Assembly: GCA_013239625.1 (NCBI GenBank)
Contig: MU054187.1
Coordinates: forward strand, 25,112,433-25,176,432
Direction: 5' to 3'
Source of the DNA: Lama guanicoe
Taxonomy: Eukaryota
Length of the DNA stretch: 64,000 bases
Shown here: positions 51,200 through 64,000 of the stretch, piece after piece
Position numbering within the stretch: the first letter of the stretch is position 1
Layout: every line of letters begins with the position of its first letter
Notes under the pieces: model-generated
Told to the model about the DNA's origin: nothing
Databases searched by the model: none
The model's input: the letters and a program-made list of their open reading frames with translations, nothing else
Translations under genes and position numbers: made by a program

Positions 51200-51395
51200 A
51201 AAATGTATACAATAGGTACCAACTGCCAGGCATGTTAGCAAATTTATATCCTTCAATCCTGACAAAAACTCTATGAGAAAAGTATAATTTTACCCTGATT
51301 TTAAAGATGTGGAAGCTGGCATATCCAGGTTAAAAAGCTTGCCCAAGTCACACAGCTAATAAGTGACGGAGCTGGGATTCAAACCTAACAGCCTG
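51200..51395 (-). mobile_element. MIR SINE
   Basis: attttaaagatgtggaagctg...ggttaaaaagcttgcccaagtcacacagctaataagtgacggagctgggattcaaacc. Confidence 0.85.
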
Positions 51396-51479
51396 ACATT
51401 GCCTTTTATGAATATATAGGGAGGCACACAGAATATATGTTTTAATGAAATTTATTGTCATTTCACTCCTCCTCTAGCT

Positions 51480-51625
51480 TCTGCAGGTTTCCCTGTGACT
51501 TGTGCATCAGAATCACCAGAGGGAACTTAAAAAAATATATGTCTTTAAGAGTGGTGTTGGGCATTTTTTGTTTTCCTAAAGTGACTGAGAAGATTCTGGT
51601 TTGGCTACAGTGAGAGCAACTGTAC
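51480..51625. mobile_element. MER5-like MITE fragment
   Basis: gtgcatcagaatcaccagagggaactt...gattctg...gagagcaactg. Confidence 0.5.
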
Positions 51626-51952
51626 TAGGCTTTGAAAACTGTGATGTGAAAATGTTGGAGTTGACACCTGTCCTCTCTACCTTCACTTTCCTAACTCTTT
51701 TTATGGTGATGGTGACCCTGCCTCCTCCAAAATATCCCTGTTCAATCTCAGTCTCGTAAAACCTTAATTTTAGTCAACCCAGATTATCATTCCTAAAGTG
51801 TTAGAAGGTGAGCAACATACTTCTGGAAAGAACCCCAGTCTAGGAATCAAGACATTGTTTTCAATAAGTAGCCATATAATTTTGGGCTATTCATTGAATA
51901 CTGCAGTTTGTCTCTTCATCTGTAAAATAAGATAGACTGTCTTACTTTTTAC

Positions 51953-52165
51953 CTATACTGTCTAATAATCATAGCCACTAGCCACTTGTGAGTATTTACA
52001 TTTAAATTAATTAAAAATTAAACAAAATTAAAAATTCAATTCCCCAGTTACACCAGCCCCATATCAAGCACTCAGTAGCTACCAAATGATCAGCAGCTAC
52101 CACATGGGGCAGCACCGAGATGAAACATTTTCAACATTGCATGAAGTTGTGTTGGATAGAAATGA
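51953..52165 (-). mobile_element. MER3 hAT DNA transposon, next to a MIR fragment
   Basis: tagccactagccacttgtg...tttaaattaattaaaaattaaa...aaattcaattcc...tcaagcactcagtagc...aacattttcaacattgca. Confidence 0.8.
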
Positions 52166-52707
52166 TCCCATGGTCAAGTGAGGTCAGATGCCTGAAGACC
52201 TTTTTTCTCTAGTCTCACCACTCTTAAAGGAAGGCATCCAAGATAAACAGTCATCTTTATTTTTTAAAATTTAATGTAATTTCCTTTTTGACTCATCAGT
52301 CTTCTGGCTGAACATGTAAACTTAGTTAATTCCAGGTAAATAAAATCCTTCCAAGTTAAAATACAGGTAATTTAGAGTTGAATTGCTTTTCCCTGGGGTA
52401 TTGCACATAAGTTCTAGGTATTTTAATAATTTGGGCTTGCATAACTACTCAACAAATGCCTTCTAGGTTGGAATCCTTTATAAGCTCCAAGAACCAATCT
52501 GTTTTGTTGTATCACTCAGTATATGTTGTGTATGTGTGTACATGTGCACGCGTGCATTAGGGTAGCATGGTGGGATGAGAGAGGAGAGTGAGGGTCTAAC
52601 AATCTGGAGAGAAGACTCTGTGTTGTGTTTCTTGAATGATACTCCATAGAGAGTTTATTACAACAGACCAGCAATATATATATGGGGTAATCAGTGATTT
52701 GGGCAAG

Positions 52708-53216
52708 TGTTAATAAAACTTACCCAACAGATATTGATGACAAATGAAATTATAATGGAGTGGTCACAGTTCAGGAATACAAAAATAGAGTCAGATGGCC
52801 ATTGAGGATCTGGTTGCAGACACAACTCTACACCACTGAGAATTTGAACTTTCTTTGAACTATCCCAGATCCAAGGACACCACTAGCTGTATTCAGAACA
52901 CCTGCTAGCTGCAATCTTACGGTTTAAAGATTTCCCCTTATAATATGCAGACATTTCAGACCCCAACCAATTCTGACTTAACAAGTACTTTTATTTCTTT
53001 CCAACTCCAATTATAATTCTTGATAAACAATTACAATCATGTAACCAACTGTACCCTGGTGGGTTTTGCCTTTATAAGGCTCCCCCATTTCAGAGTCGAG
53101 TAGAACACAATTCAAATGCTTCTCGAATCTCTATCTCCCAGGCTGCAATCCTACCAAACCCCAAATCAATACCTTTTAATTTAATCAGGCTTTCATTTCT
53201 GAAATTTTAATTAACA
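52708..53216 (+). mobile_element. Probable ERV solo LTR, family not recognised (509 bp)
   Basis: Inverted termini tgttaat...attaaca; ccaat-like and tttataag elements in LTR-like order; TSD not conserved. Confidence 0.55.
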
Positions 53217-53219
53217 ATT

Positions 53220-53735
53220 GAAACTGTATGTCCACAAAAACAAACCAACCAATAAACAAAATCTTGTAAGATAATTTTCAAAGCATTCTTCTTCATAATG
53301 GCCCCAAAATGGAAAAAAAAATCCAAATAGCTACTAACAAAAAATGCATAAATTGTAGTATATTCATAAAATGGAACATCACTCATCAATAAAGGGAAAT
53401 GAACTATTAATGCATACAACATAGATGAATCTCAAAATAATTATGTTGAGTCAAAAAGTTTTAAAAGACAGAAAGGAGAATACATACTTTATGCTTCCAT
53501 TTATATAAAGTTCTAGAATAGCCATGACATCCATGGTGATAGAAACCAGGAGGTGATCACCTCTGGGAAGAGAGGAGAATTGACTTGAAATGTCCATGAA
53601 GAACTTTCTGGACGGTCACAGAAATGTTTTTTATTTTTGTTTTGGTGGTAGTTTTATGAATGTACATAATTGTAAACACCCATTAACTATACCCTTAAGA
53701 CCTGTGCATTTTGTTTAATGTAAGTGTCTCAAAAA
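53220..53735 (+). mobile_element. L1ME/MB-type 3' end
   Basis: tatgtccacaaaaac, atagatgaatctcaaaataattatgttgag, ttccatttatataaagttctagaa, taagacctgtgcatttt. Confidence 0.75.
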
Positions 53736-54589
53736 AGGACACACACACTCTCACACCCTACAAAGTTAAGAATGATGTATAAGAGCTCTTTGAGGTATTT
53801 TACTGAAAGAATTGATATTAAGAGTAAAAACATTAAGAAATCCAGGGTCTTCTGGAGGGGTGTTGAAGGGGGAAAATTGTCACCTGGGGATTTTGAGAAC
53901 TAACTTTAGTTTACTATGTGGATACAAAGTTGTAAAAATCAATGAATGAACTGTCAATCTTTGACCCAGATCCTCAATACTGTTTATGATCTCTGCAGCT
54001 CTTGTACTAGGATTGATTAAATAAAGAAGAAATTTATCAATTTTTCTTCTGCTGAAGAAATTCTATTTCTTCTGCTTTACTTTGTAATTGACTCTTATTT
54101 GACACATATAACAACATTTTTATATAAGGAGAAGATCAGGATCTAAGTTTGAGGTATAATTTGACTTTTCTTGAGATGTTGGTTTAAATAGACAGCTTTA
54201 ATTCTTTCTTACCCTAGTGAATTCTTAAATTGTGTTTGTACCTTCAAGAGAAAGAGAGAGACAGTTATGATTTGGGAATGGATTTCATTCTACTTTAAAT
54301 ATGTTGGTTCTGTCACACTTGTAGCTACAAGTTTGTAAGTTTTGATAGCTGTCGTATGATTCATGAGCCACATAGTACTACTTTTATTGGTGGGGGGGGG
54401 GGCAGCTTCCAAAATAAGGTCGAGGGTTTTCAGATCAATCATTCCTGATTCTGACTTTTCGTTCAATCTTAGACATCAGTGTACAATTTCTGACTTATTA
54501 AAATCAATCTGATATCAAAGACTTAATTTAAATGACCCAAAGTAAGTCAACCATGTTGCAAAAAGTGCATATACTCCATCAATTGTTGT

Positions 54590-54840
54590 ATTTTGAAGAG
54601 ACCTGGTTTTGAACCAGAACTTAGAAATCAAGTTTGATTGCACCATTTGCTGACAGTGTGAAATTAGGCACATCCTATAAGTTCTCTGAGCAAGCTACCT
54701 AATCTCTTCCTTTTTCTCAGTAAGTAGGATTGTAGTTGAAAATGAGCTTTAGGTGAAATAGTTAGATCATGAATAAAGTATAAGCATTTAGTAACATAAT
54801 ACATGTAAAAGATTTATCATAGTGCTCAATAAAATAGTCT
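54590..54840 (+). mobile_element. MIR SINE
   Basis: tttgaaccagaac...caccatttgctgacagtgtgaaattaggc...catagtgctcaataaa. Confidence 0.5.
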
Positions 54841-56109
54841 CTCTTACTATTCTTCATAGTTACTCAGTTGTTATTCATAGCCAATCAAAATGCCATACCA
54901 TTACTCATTTGGTGTTTTTATTGTTACTGCCATCTGAGCTGATGAAATTCACCCACAGTAGAAATGTTTTTGAATAAGAGAATCACTAACAGCAAAGATA
55001 GAATGTAACAACTGAAGAGAACTTGTCAGGAGGATACCCAGGTGGCCACTATTCAGGGAGCTGAGAAGGAACAAAATAGAATTCACTGTTACATGGATGC
55101 AAAGTAAGTGCAGACAGGTATTGTTCACCAGCATGATTTGCTGCAATCAGGAGTCAGTGCTAGCCTCCTGCGGCCAATTACCAGTGAGGAATCTAGACTA
55201 ATGCACTCAGGGCTGTAGTTGCCGCATGTGGTAAGCAATGAAGATGTTTGGTGGAGATTTTGCAACATAATGTTGTACCTAATATTTTTAGTCATTCATT
55301 TTGCAAGATAAAATATAGGACATTTCACCTACCTAAATCAACTGAATTTATTTGCTGCACCATATATCATAAACAACTCTGTTACATAATGACCTGCCAC
55401 CAGGAATTCCTATACCAACTGCAACGTAAAGATTTCTTCTGACTCAAGATTCTGCGATTGTATAGACATCAAGATACAAAATACTTCCAATAGCATTTCC
55501 AAGAGTTGGCATGAAACCTGTCACCAATAATTAAGTTCCATTGTCACTATAATTTTTGTTTAAATCTAGAAAGGGAAAGGATGGGGATGACTAATTGTAG
55601 CTGCTTCAATGGGAGTCACTACCTCAGTCAATAACATAACACATGGTTTGAAAAATTGATTAGGCTGTGTTGGAATTAGATAATTTTTCTCTTAAACAGT
55701 ATGTTAGTGACAGGTAAATCAAAGTCAGATTGCTGAGTCAGGGCACAAGACCACATTTAAAGGGCTTTGTCAATCAGTGTTAGTCAATGTTGATTATTCT
55801 ATATCACTGATTTTACATTTTAAAAAAGAACCACAATGAATTCAAGTTATGTCTTAAAATTAATGACATTTAAAACTTGCCATTTACCAAGAGAAAGATG
55901 TGATATGATCATGTAAAATCCTTTTGTTAAGGTAAAGAAAACTCTGGCATGATTATGTATTAAATTTGATGAAATATGAGTTAGTGCTCATGAGTACTAA
56001 TGGCAGTAATATGGACACTATATAGAATATTCTATTCTACATGTTTTTTCCTTGGTTGGATTGGTTTTATGGGCAATTTAAGAAGTTAGGAAATATTTTG
56101 TATAGACAA

Positions 56110-56335
56110 AACACAGCATAGCACAGGCTATGGCTTTGGAGGCAGGCACAACAGGCACTATATATTTGGCATCCTCCTTTACTGTTTTGCATATATCAGT
56201 TCCCTCTTTTTAAAAATGGAGATGTTAAAAATGCTATCTTCCTCCTTAGTATGTTGTAAACATTAAGTAAGATTATTCATATGAGAATTGAGTTTGTGAC
56301 TAACATAATAAGTATCAATAAATAAGCTTTTATTA
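56110..56335 (+). mobile_element. MIR SINE
   Basis: atggctttggaggcaggc, tcagttccctctttttaaaaatggagat, acataataagtatcaataaat. Confidence 0.6.
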
Positions 56336-56386
56336 TTTATCCTAATGCCTTTGCACAGAAGCCATATCTAGAAACTGAGGATCAAG

Positions 56387-56826
56387 TGTTACTGAGTCCA
56401 AACTCATTCTGCTCGCCCCACAACAGGCCAATAAGTTAGGAGGCGAGGTGTTAGAACAAGGAATAGCAACTTTATTTGGAAAGCTGGCAGACTGAGAGGA
56501 TGGCAGACAAATGTCTTGGAGTACCATCCTGCTCCAGTCAGTTTTGTTTTATACAAAACAAAAACAAAAATGGGGGAGGGGTGCAGTAGCTTGTTGCAAA
56601 CTTCTTAGTTCCAGAATTGTTTGTTCTTGCAGCCCTCAGTGTGGGTCAACTCATGGTGCTCCTGCAAAACCTCCAACAGCAAATAACAAATGTTATTCTC
56701 TATTCTGCAACTATGTTATCTTTATGTGTGTGCAAAGCTAGCAAGACTAAGCCTAGAAAACAGTGCACAGTGGTTAAAGCTAAAGGAACAGATCAAATAG
56801 AGTCAGGTATGTTCTTTTCTGTTACA
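56387..56826 (-). mobile_element. ERV1 solo LTR, MER41-like (copy 2, 440 bp)
   Basis: TG...CA termini; perfect 4-bp TSD caag (56383-56386 / 56827-56830); minus-strand AATAAA. Confidence 0.92.
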
Positions 56827-58229
56827 CAAGGACTGTGTCATCTGCTGCCTAGAGTTGACATTTATTGAGTCTAAAAACAAGAATGGAAAAGTGAAGGTAG
56901 ATTTTATGCAAAGACTTAAGTCGTGACCTAACCCATTACATAATTTTAATTCCTGAATGTTGCTCAGTACATGATTTGACCCTAGCAATTGAATTCTTTC
57001 TGTTAAATTACAATTTTTAGCCATCATTGAAATTTAAATTCTTCCTGATGACCTAAAAACTTGGACCAGAGCCAAACACTCGAATTTATATAACATGCTA
57101 GTATCATACTTTGCTTCATTTATCTCAGCTTTATGTCAGGATAGCTAAATATTGCTAAGGCAATCAATGATTTACTGAGTATTTATAAAGTCCTTGTATA
57201 ATTTTAAAATCAACTAATTTTGAATGCACACAACAGTAATAAATAGTAAACATCAACATGGAAGCATATGTTTAATATGCTAAAGTTTTAAATGTTAATT
57301 TTATTATTGTATTTAATTCACAAATCATACACAATGTCTGAAAATTTTGTTTTTGAAAAAGCATTAGTTAGTGAATATTCTATAATGTTTCAAAGATTTC
57401 TTGATATATGAACCATTAAAATAAAGCCTTTCCAACAGAAACTTCCTCAAGCACCAGTTTGCTTCCTTATGGGATGATTAAAATATGTGATGTTCAATAG
57501 AAGGATGGTTTTTTAGGAGAGTGAATTTGTAGAACAAATCACTTATTTTTACACCTTCACTTAAGATTTTTCACTTAGATAATTTCTGTTTCAAGGAGCT
57601 ATCTTAACCTCCCCCCAAACACATCACAGTCATAAAGAAAAAATCAAATTTATAAGATCAGCAACTCAAATTTAATTCAAGATATAACAACTTCAACTAG
57701 CAAGTTCTTTAAGTAAGGTGGAAAATCAGAATTCAAAGTACTTCACTAAGGCTCTCACAGTGGGTAGTTTTTGTTGATTATTTATCCTTAGAAGGAAATC
57801 TCTTCTCTAGGAATCCCTCCTCAAAATGTACAGGTATATCCTGGAAGCAGTCACACTCTGATACCAAGCTCCATATTACCATGGAGACTTTGGTCAAAGT
57901 TAGACAGTATATTATTTAATGAATGGAAATTTTGTTAAATTTTTCTATTTGTTACCCTCAGGAAAGAAGTTCAATGACACTCAAGGCTACATATTTGAAC
58001 CACAGTCTAAAAAATCAATAAAATATACTTTCATATGAAATGCACAAGTTCTTTCATGGGGGTACTTAGATGGTTCCACAGTTTCATTTGCACATATTCA
58101 GTTTCCTACAACCATTTAAAGACTCTTAGATTTCTTAGATTTTTCTGCTTACAGTTTGATCTTTAAAGGTTTTCTTTATTCCTTTTAACTAAAGGTTAAC
58201 TGATTTGTACATTGGTAATTTTGTTGCTG

Positions 58230-58400
58230 AGGATTATCATTTATTGAGCTATTACTATGGGTCAAATTTGGAGTTAAGTGTTTAAGGTATATATTCACTC
58301 ACCTAATCTTCACAATAGGCCCTATGAGATAGTCATTTATTTATCAGATGAAGAAGAGATGAAGAGAGTTTAGGCAGCCTGAGAAGATCATGTAAACCAC
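58230..58400 (-). mobile_element. MIR SINE
   Basis: atcatttattgagctattactatgggtc...taatcttcacaataggccctatgagatag. Confidence 0.6.
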
Positions 58401-59291
58401 AAAAAGGAATTTGGAATTGTTGTTTAGTGTCAAGAGTATTGGGTAAGTCATACAAGGGTTCTTGGGAAAGGAGAGAAAAAAAACCAAACACCTTAAATGC
58501 AAGAATGACAAACTCTCTGGGCTAGAGTAACCATGGAGCTAGCTGGCATAAAACCCCATAATGATTGTCTTTCTAAGTCCCACAGTTGCTCATTGCCTCT
58601 AGCAGGATACTAGCAAGTGATGAATTTTTTGCTTTTACTGAAGGATTCTTGGAGAGGGAGAGAGAGGATACACTCTGAAAATACCCATGGTTATTCTAGG
58701 CCAGAGAGTTTGTCATTCTTGCAGTTACAGTCAGGTGCTGGCCATTGCCCCCTCAATCATTCAAGACTCTGTCCTGCCTTGGGAACTTCTACTCTAGCCT
58801 CTGCCTTTGTTCCCCGGTCTCTGTGAGCTCTGGTTTGCTGCACACAGGGCCAGCACTCCAGTAAGGACAGAAATAATAATGCCTTTGGCTGCAACTGTTA
58901 TTCTAACAGAGAAAGCCATGCAGGCAATGGAGTCATGCACAATGGCAAATATTCCCAGAATCACAGCCTGTGCAGGTAATGATCATATATTCAGAGTGAA
59001 ACACACATCCGGACCTTACCTTCTTTCTTCTAGTACCCTGGTGCTCATCTTCTAAGCCCCTGAGCTTTTTAAAAATTTTTTTTCTAGAATATAATCTGTG
59101 CACAATTTGCTGACAAAAAAATGTAACTGCTTTAGGTATCCCTACCTATCCTTCAGTTTATGTTAATTGTGAGAAGAAGCCTCAGCACCTACTCAGGGAG
59201 GTTTTGTCTTTCCAAAATGGAAATCTAAGCAAGTCCTCTGGGCCAGCAGGCTTTAGTTCTGAGGGCCTCAACATTTCTGTCTTTAAGATAG

Positions 59292-59739
59292 TGTTACTGA
59301 GTCCAAACTCATTTTGCACACCATGTAACAGGCCGATAAATTGGGGGATGAGGTGTTGGGGCAAGGAATAGAGACTTTATTCAGAAAGCCAGCAGACTGA
59401 GAGGATGGCAGAGTAATGTCTTGGAGAACCATCCTACTCCAGTCAGAATACAGGCTCTTTTCACACACACAAAAAGGGGGGGGGGATGTGGTTGGTTGTT
59501 GCAAACTGCTTGGTGCAGGAATTCTTTGTTCTTGCAGCCCTCCATGTGGGTCAGCTCACAAGTTCTTTCAGCTACAAAACCTCCAACAACAACAACAACA
59601 ACAAAATGTTATTCTCTATTCTGCAACTTTGTTATCTTTACATGAGTGCAGAGCCAGCAAGACTAAGCCTAGGAACCACAGTGGTTAAAGCTAAAGAAAT
59701 AGATGTAATATAGAGTCAGATTTGTTCTTTTCTATTACA
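59292..59739 (-). mobile_element. ERV1 solo LTR, MER41-like (copy 3, 448 bp)
   Basis: TG...CA termini; perfect 4-bp TSD atag (59288-59291 / 59740-59743); minus-strand AATAAA. Confidence 0.92.
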
Positions 59740-60139
59740 ATAGGAGTATCCAACATATAAGGTACCCTTGTGCTTTCTCTGAGGGTGACATCCCTTTTTT
59801 TCTAGAGATTCTCCTTACCAGCAGAAGTCTGTTCACTCCCTAATGATTAGGGATTATTTGTTTGTCAGAATCAAAATCTCATTCTAAAAGTGGCATGTCT
59901 GAACTTTTTTGCTGCTTGTCCTTGGACCAATTATATAAAATTAAGAAGAAAAGAAAAGAACCAAACAATAATAATAATGACGGTTTGTACTGTCTTTTAA
60001 ATTGGGAGCACAATAATTAGGTTTGAGAGACTCTGGCTGTATTCACCAACTCTTTACTAGACATTATTCTCTTTCAACACTAGGATGGCTTGCCACCCGC
60101 CTCCTCTTCCATTTTCTCTTTATCATCATCATCAAATAT

Positions 60140-60305
60140 CAAGGCTATTATTTTAAAGCACATACAGTGTACAGGGACTGTATCAGAACTCAATTTAACA
60201 AATCCCTACAACAGCTTTATAAGATGGGCATCATTCCTTTTTTAAAATGAGAAGATTTAGACTTGGAGAGTGAAGTAACAAGTCTGAAATCACCAAAGGT
60301 AGTCT
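60140..60305 (-). mobile_element. MIR SINE
   Basis: aatccctacaacagctttataagatggg...ttttaaaatgagaaga...ggagagtgaagtaac. Confidence 0.55.
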
Positions 60306-60334
60306 GTGACATCGCCAGGGCTGCACTGCCTTTT

Positions 60335-61211
60335 TTAAATTGAAGTATAGTTGATTTACAATATTGTGTTAGTTGCAGATGTACGATATGGTGATTCACT
60401 TTTGTTTGTTTTTGTTTTTGGGGTTTTTTGCAGATTATATTCCATTATAAGTTGTAAAATATTGGGTATAATTCTCTGTGATATGCAATAAATCCTTCTT
60501 GCTTATCTATTTTATGTATAGTAGTTTGTATCTGTTAATTCCATATTTCTGATTTGTCCCTCCCTCTGTCCCTCTCCCCTTGGGTAACCATAAATTTGTT
60601 TTCTATGTCTGTGAATCTGTGTCTGTTTTGTATATCGATTCATTTGTATTACTTTTTAGATTCTACATATAAGTGGATAAGTGATAACATACAACATTTG
60701 TCTTACTCTATCTGATTTATTTCATTAAGCATAATATTGTCTAGGTCCACCTGTGTTGCTGCAAATGACAGTATTTCATTCTTTTTATGACTGAGAAATA
60801 TTTCATTGTATACATGTGAATAGATGCTCAATATCACTAATTACCAGAGAAATGCAAATCAAAACCACAATGAGGTATCACCTCACACCAGTCAGAACGT
60901 CTATCATCAAAAAGTCTGCAAATGATAAAGGCTAGATAAGGTGTGGAGAAAGGAAACCGTAGTTGGTGGGGATGTAAGTTGGTGCAGTCACTTTAGAAAC
61001 AGTATGGAGGTTCCTTTAAAAACTAAAAATAGAACTACCATAAAATCCAGCAATTTTGTTTCTGGGTATGCACCTGAGAAAAACAAAAACTCCAATTCAA
61101 AAAGATAAATCCACTCCAGTGTTCATAGCAGCATTATGTACAATAGCCAAGACATGGAAACAACCTAAGCGCTCATCAACAGAGGATTGGCTTGAGAAGA
61201 TGTGGTATATA
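60335..61211 (-). mobile_element. L1 insertion with 5' inversion (60335-~60813 minus, ~60813-61211 plus)
   Basis: TSD tgcactgcctttt / tgcactacctttt (12/13); the two segments are adjacent in L1 order. Confidence 0.92.
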
Positions 61212-61279
61212 TGCACTACCTTTTATCTTTGAACCTCCATCAGCTAGCACAATGCCTAGCGTGTAGCAGATGCTCATTC

Positions 61280-61590
61280 TTTTTTTCCCATTTTTCAGTT
61301 TTATTAGGTAGAATTGTTACAATGTGACTGCAGATATACAATATACTGCATGCAAATACATATATACAATATACTGCACATTTTTTTAGTTTACATATAT
61401 GTACTGATCATTGTTTCTAAGAATAGTTTAGAGCATTAGCTTTTTAAACTTGCATAATTATCAAAGGAATAAAGCCAACCACAAAATAAGAATCCACAGA
61501 ATGTGGTAATCCAATCATAAAGGACAGTCAAATGTGCTTACACGTATTGTAGAAATCAATCATCTAGGTTATAAACAGTAAGTAAATTAC
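61280..61590 (-). other. Unidentified AT-rich segment ending in AATAAA + 13 nt + A7 (retrocopied 3' end?)
   Basis: Minus strand ends ...ctacctAATAAAactgaaaaatggg-A7; no similarity to any L1 3'UTR in the window. Confidence 0.5.
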
Positions 61591-61752
61591 TTGTGTCCTT
61601 TTTTTTAGATTCCACATATAAGTGATATTGTATGGCATTTTTCTTTCTCTTTCCATCCCGCTTCACTTAGAATGACAATTTCCACTCTATCCATATTGCT
61701 GCAAATGGCATTATTTTATTCTTTTTTATGGCTGAGTAGTATTTCAGTGTGA

Positions 61753-61790
<38 letters not shown>

Positions 61791-64000
61791 CACATCTTTT
61801 TTATCCAGTCATCTGTTGATGAACATTTGGGTTGCTTTCATGTCTTGGCTATTGTAAATAGTGCTGCTATGAACATTGGGGTGCATGTCTTTTTGAATTA
61901 TACTTTTCTCTGGGTATATGACCAGGAGTGGGATTGCTGGATCACATGGTAAGTCTATTTTTAGATTTTTAAGGAACCTCCATACTGTCCTCCACAGTGG
62001 CTGCACCAATCTACACTCCCACCAACAGTGTAGGAGGGTTCTCTTTTCTCCACATCCTCTCCAGCATCTATCCTTTGTAGACTTTTTAAAGATGGCCATT
62101 CTGGCTGATGTGAGGTGATATCTCATTGTAGTTTTGATCTGCGTTTCTCTGACAATTAGCAATGCTGAGCATTTTTTCATATGCTTGTTGGCCATTTGCA
62201 TGTCTTTATTGGAGAATTGCTTGTTAGGTCTTCTTCCCAGTTTTGGATTGGGTTGCTTTTTTTTTTTTATTAAGTTGTATGAGCTGTTTGTATATTTTGG
62301 AAATTAGTCCCTTGTCAGTCACATCATTTGCAAATATTTTCTCTCATTCTGTAGGTTGTCTTCTCATTTTGTTGATGGTTTCCTTAGCTGTGCAAAAGCT
62401 TGTAAGTTTAACTAGATCCAATTTGCCTATTTTTGCTTTTATTGCCATTACTCCAGGAGCTGGTTCAAAAAATACATTGCTGTGATTTATATCCAAGAAT
62501 CTTCTGCCCATGTTTTCCTCTAGAAGTTTAATATCTGGTCTTACATTTTAGTCTTTAATCCATTTTGAGTTTATTTTTGTATATAGTTAGAAAATGCTCT
62601 AATTTCAGTCTTTTACAGGTAGCTGTCCAGTTTTCCCAGAATAACTTATTGAAAAGACTATCTTTTCTCTGTTTTATATTCTTGACTCCTTTGTTAAGAT
62701 TAATTAACCATAAGTGTGTAGGTTTATTTCTGGATATTCTAACCCATTTCATTGATCTATGTGTCTGTGTTTGTGCCAGTACCATACTGTTTTGATTACT
62801 GTAGCTTAGTAGTATAATCTGAAGTCAGAGAGAGTGTTTCCCCACAGATCCATTCTTCTTCTAGATTGTTTTGGCTATTCAGGGTTTTTTGTGTTTCCAT
62901 ACAGATTTTAACATTTTCTGTTGCAGCTCTGTGAAGAATGTCACTGGTAATTTGATAGAGACTGCACTGAATCTGTATATTTGTTTGGGCAGTATGTCCA
63001 TTTTGACAATATTAATTCTTCCAATCCAAGAACATTGTATATCTTTCCATTTGTTTATGTCATCTTTGATTTCCTTCATCAGTGTCTTATAGTTTTTAGA
63101 GTACAGGTCTTTTGCTTCCTTAGGTAAGTTTATTCCTAGGTATTTTATTCTTTTTAGTGTGATAGTAAATGGTATCATTTCCTTAATTTCCCTTTTGGCT
63201 ATTTCTTTGTTAGTGTATAGAAATACAACTGATTTCTTTATATTAATTTTGTACCCTGAAACTTTACTGTATTCAATAATAGGTTCTAGTAGTTTTCTGG
63301 TCACTTTTTAAGGATTTTTCTACGTATAGTATCATGTCATCTGCAAACAGTGACAGCTTTACCTCTTCGTTTCTAACTTGAATTCCTTTTATTTCTTTTT
63401 CTTCTCTGATTGCTAGGGCTAGGGCTTCCAAAACTGTGTCAAATAAAAGTGGCAGGAATGGACATCCTTTTCTTGTTCCTGATCTTAGAGGAAATGATTT
63501 CAGTTTTTCCCCAGTAAGTATGATGTTAGCTGTGGTTTTGTCATATATGGACTTTATTATGTTGAAGTATGTTCCATCTATGCCCACTTTCTGGAGAGTT
63601 TTTTTTTTAATCATACATGGATGTTGAATTTCATCAAAAGCTTTTTCTGCAACTATTGAGAAGATCATATGGTTTTTATTCTTCAATTTGTTAGTGTAGT
63701 GTATTACATTGATTGACTTGTTGATATTGAAAAATTCCTGTATCCCTGGGATAAATCCCACTTGATCATGGTGTATGATCCTTTTAGTGCATTGTTGGAG
63801 TTGATTTGCTTGTATTTTGTCAAGGATTTTTGCATCTATATTTGTAAGTGATATTGGCCTGTGATTTCCTTTCTTGTGTGATATCTTTGGTCTTGGTATT
63901 AGGGTGATCATGGCTTCATAGAAATTGCCTGTTTCTTCTGTGTTGTTCTTTCTGTTGGCATACCATTGCTCATAGTAGCCTCTTAGAATCCCTTGTATTT
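61591..64000 (-). mobile_element. L1 ORF2 (RT through C-terminus) lacking its 3'UTR; continues beyond the window
   Basis: ORFs with [13 protein letters not shown]...HDQVGFIPG...GCPFLPLLF...LFADDMILY and [18 protein letters not shown]; (TG)n at ~61755-61788; internal deletion near 63923. Confidence 0.95.

Noticed and set aside
56387..59739. Two same-orientation LTRs 2.5 kb apart read as one provirus
   Set aside because: Each LTR has its own perfect TSD (caag versus atag), the copies are clearly diverged, and the spacer contains a MIR with no recognisable PBS or gag/pol

Overview
This is AT-rich, CpG-poor mammalian genomic DNA, either intergenic or inside a very long intron, with one 181-N assembly gap. 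I recognise no host protein-coding gene, RNA gene, CpG island or prokaryotic system. Every ORF I can recognise is a decayed LINE-1 ORF1 or ORF2 piece. Roughly half the window is interspersed repeat: many L1 copies of different ages, including a ~6.7 kb near-full-length copy at 36905-43598 (-) and a multi-level nest at 13-23 kb; three MER41-like ERV1 solo LTRs, each with its own perfect 4-bp TSD; MaLR/ERVL LTRs; MIR and L2; and MER3/MER5/MER20 DNA transposons. The youngest L1 3'UTRs resemble camelid (alpaca/camel) L1 from recall, and I see no young SINE, so an artiodactyl and probably camelid source is my inference. I found no convincing new biological system. The best leads are: (1) an L1 whose own 3'UTR is replaced by ~310 nt of foreign sequence with AATAAA and an A-tail; (2) a 5'UTR-3'UTR fused mini-L1; (3) the three co-oriented solo LTRs; (4) a branchpoint-AG|GTAAG recursive-splice-like motif; (5) two twin-priming L1 inversions and a recent 254-bp tandem duplication. 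Repeat subfamily names come from pattern recall, not from a RepeatMasker run. Boundaries of old repeats are approximate.
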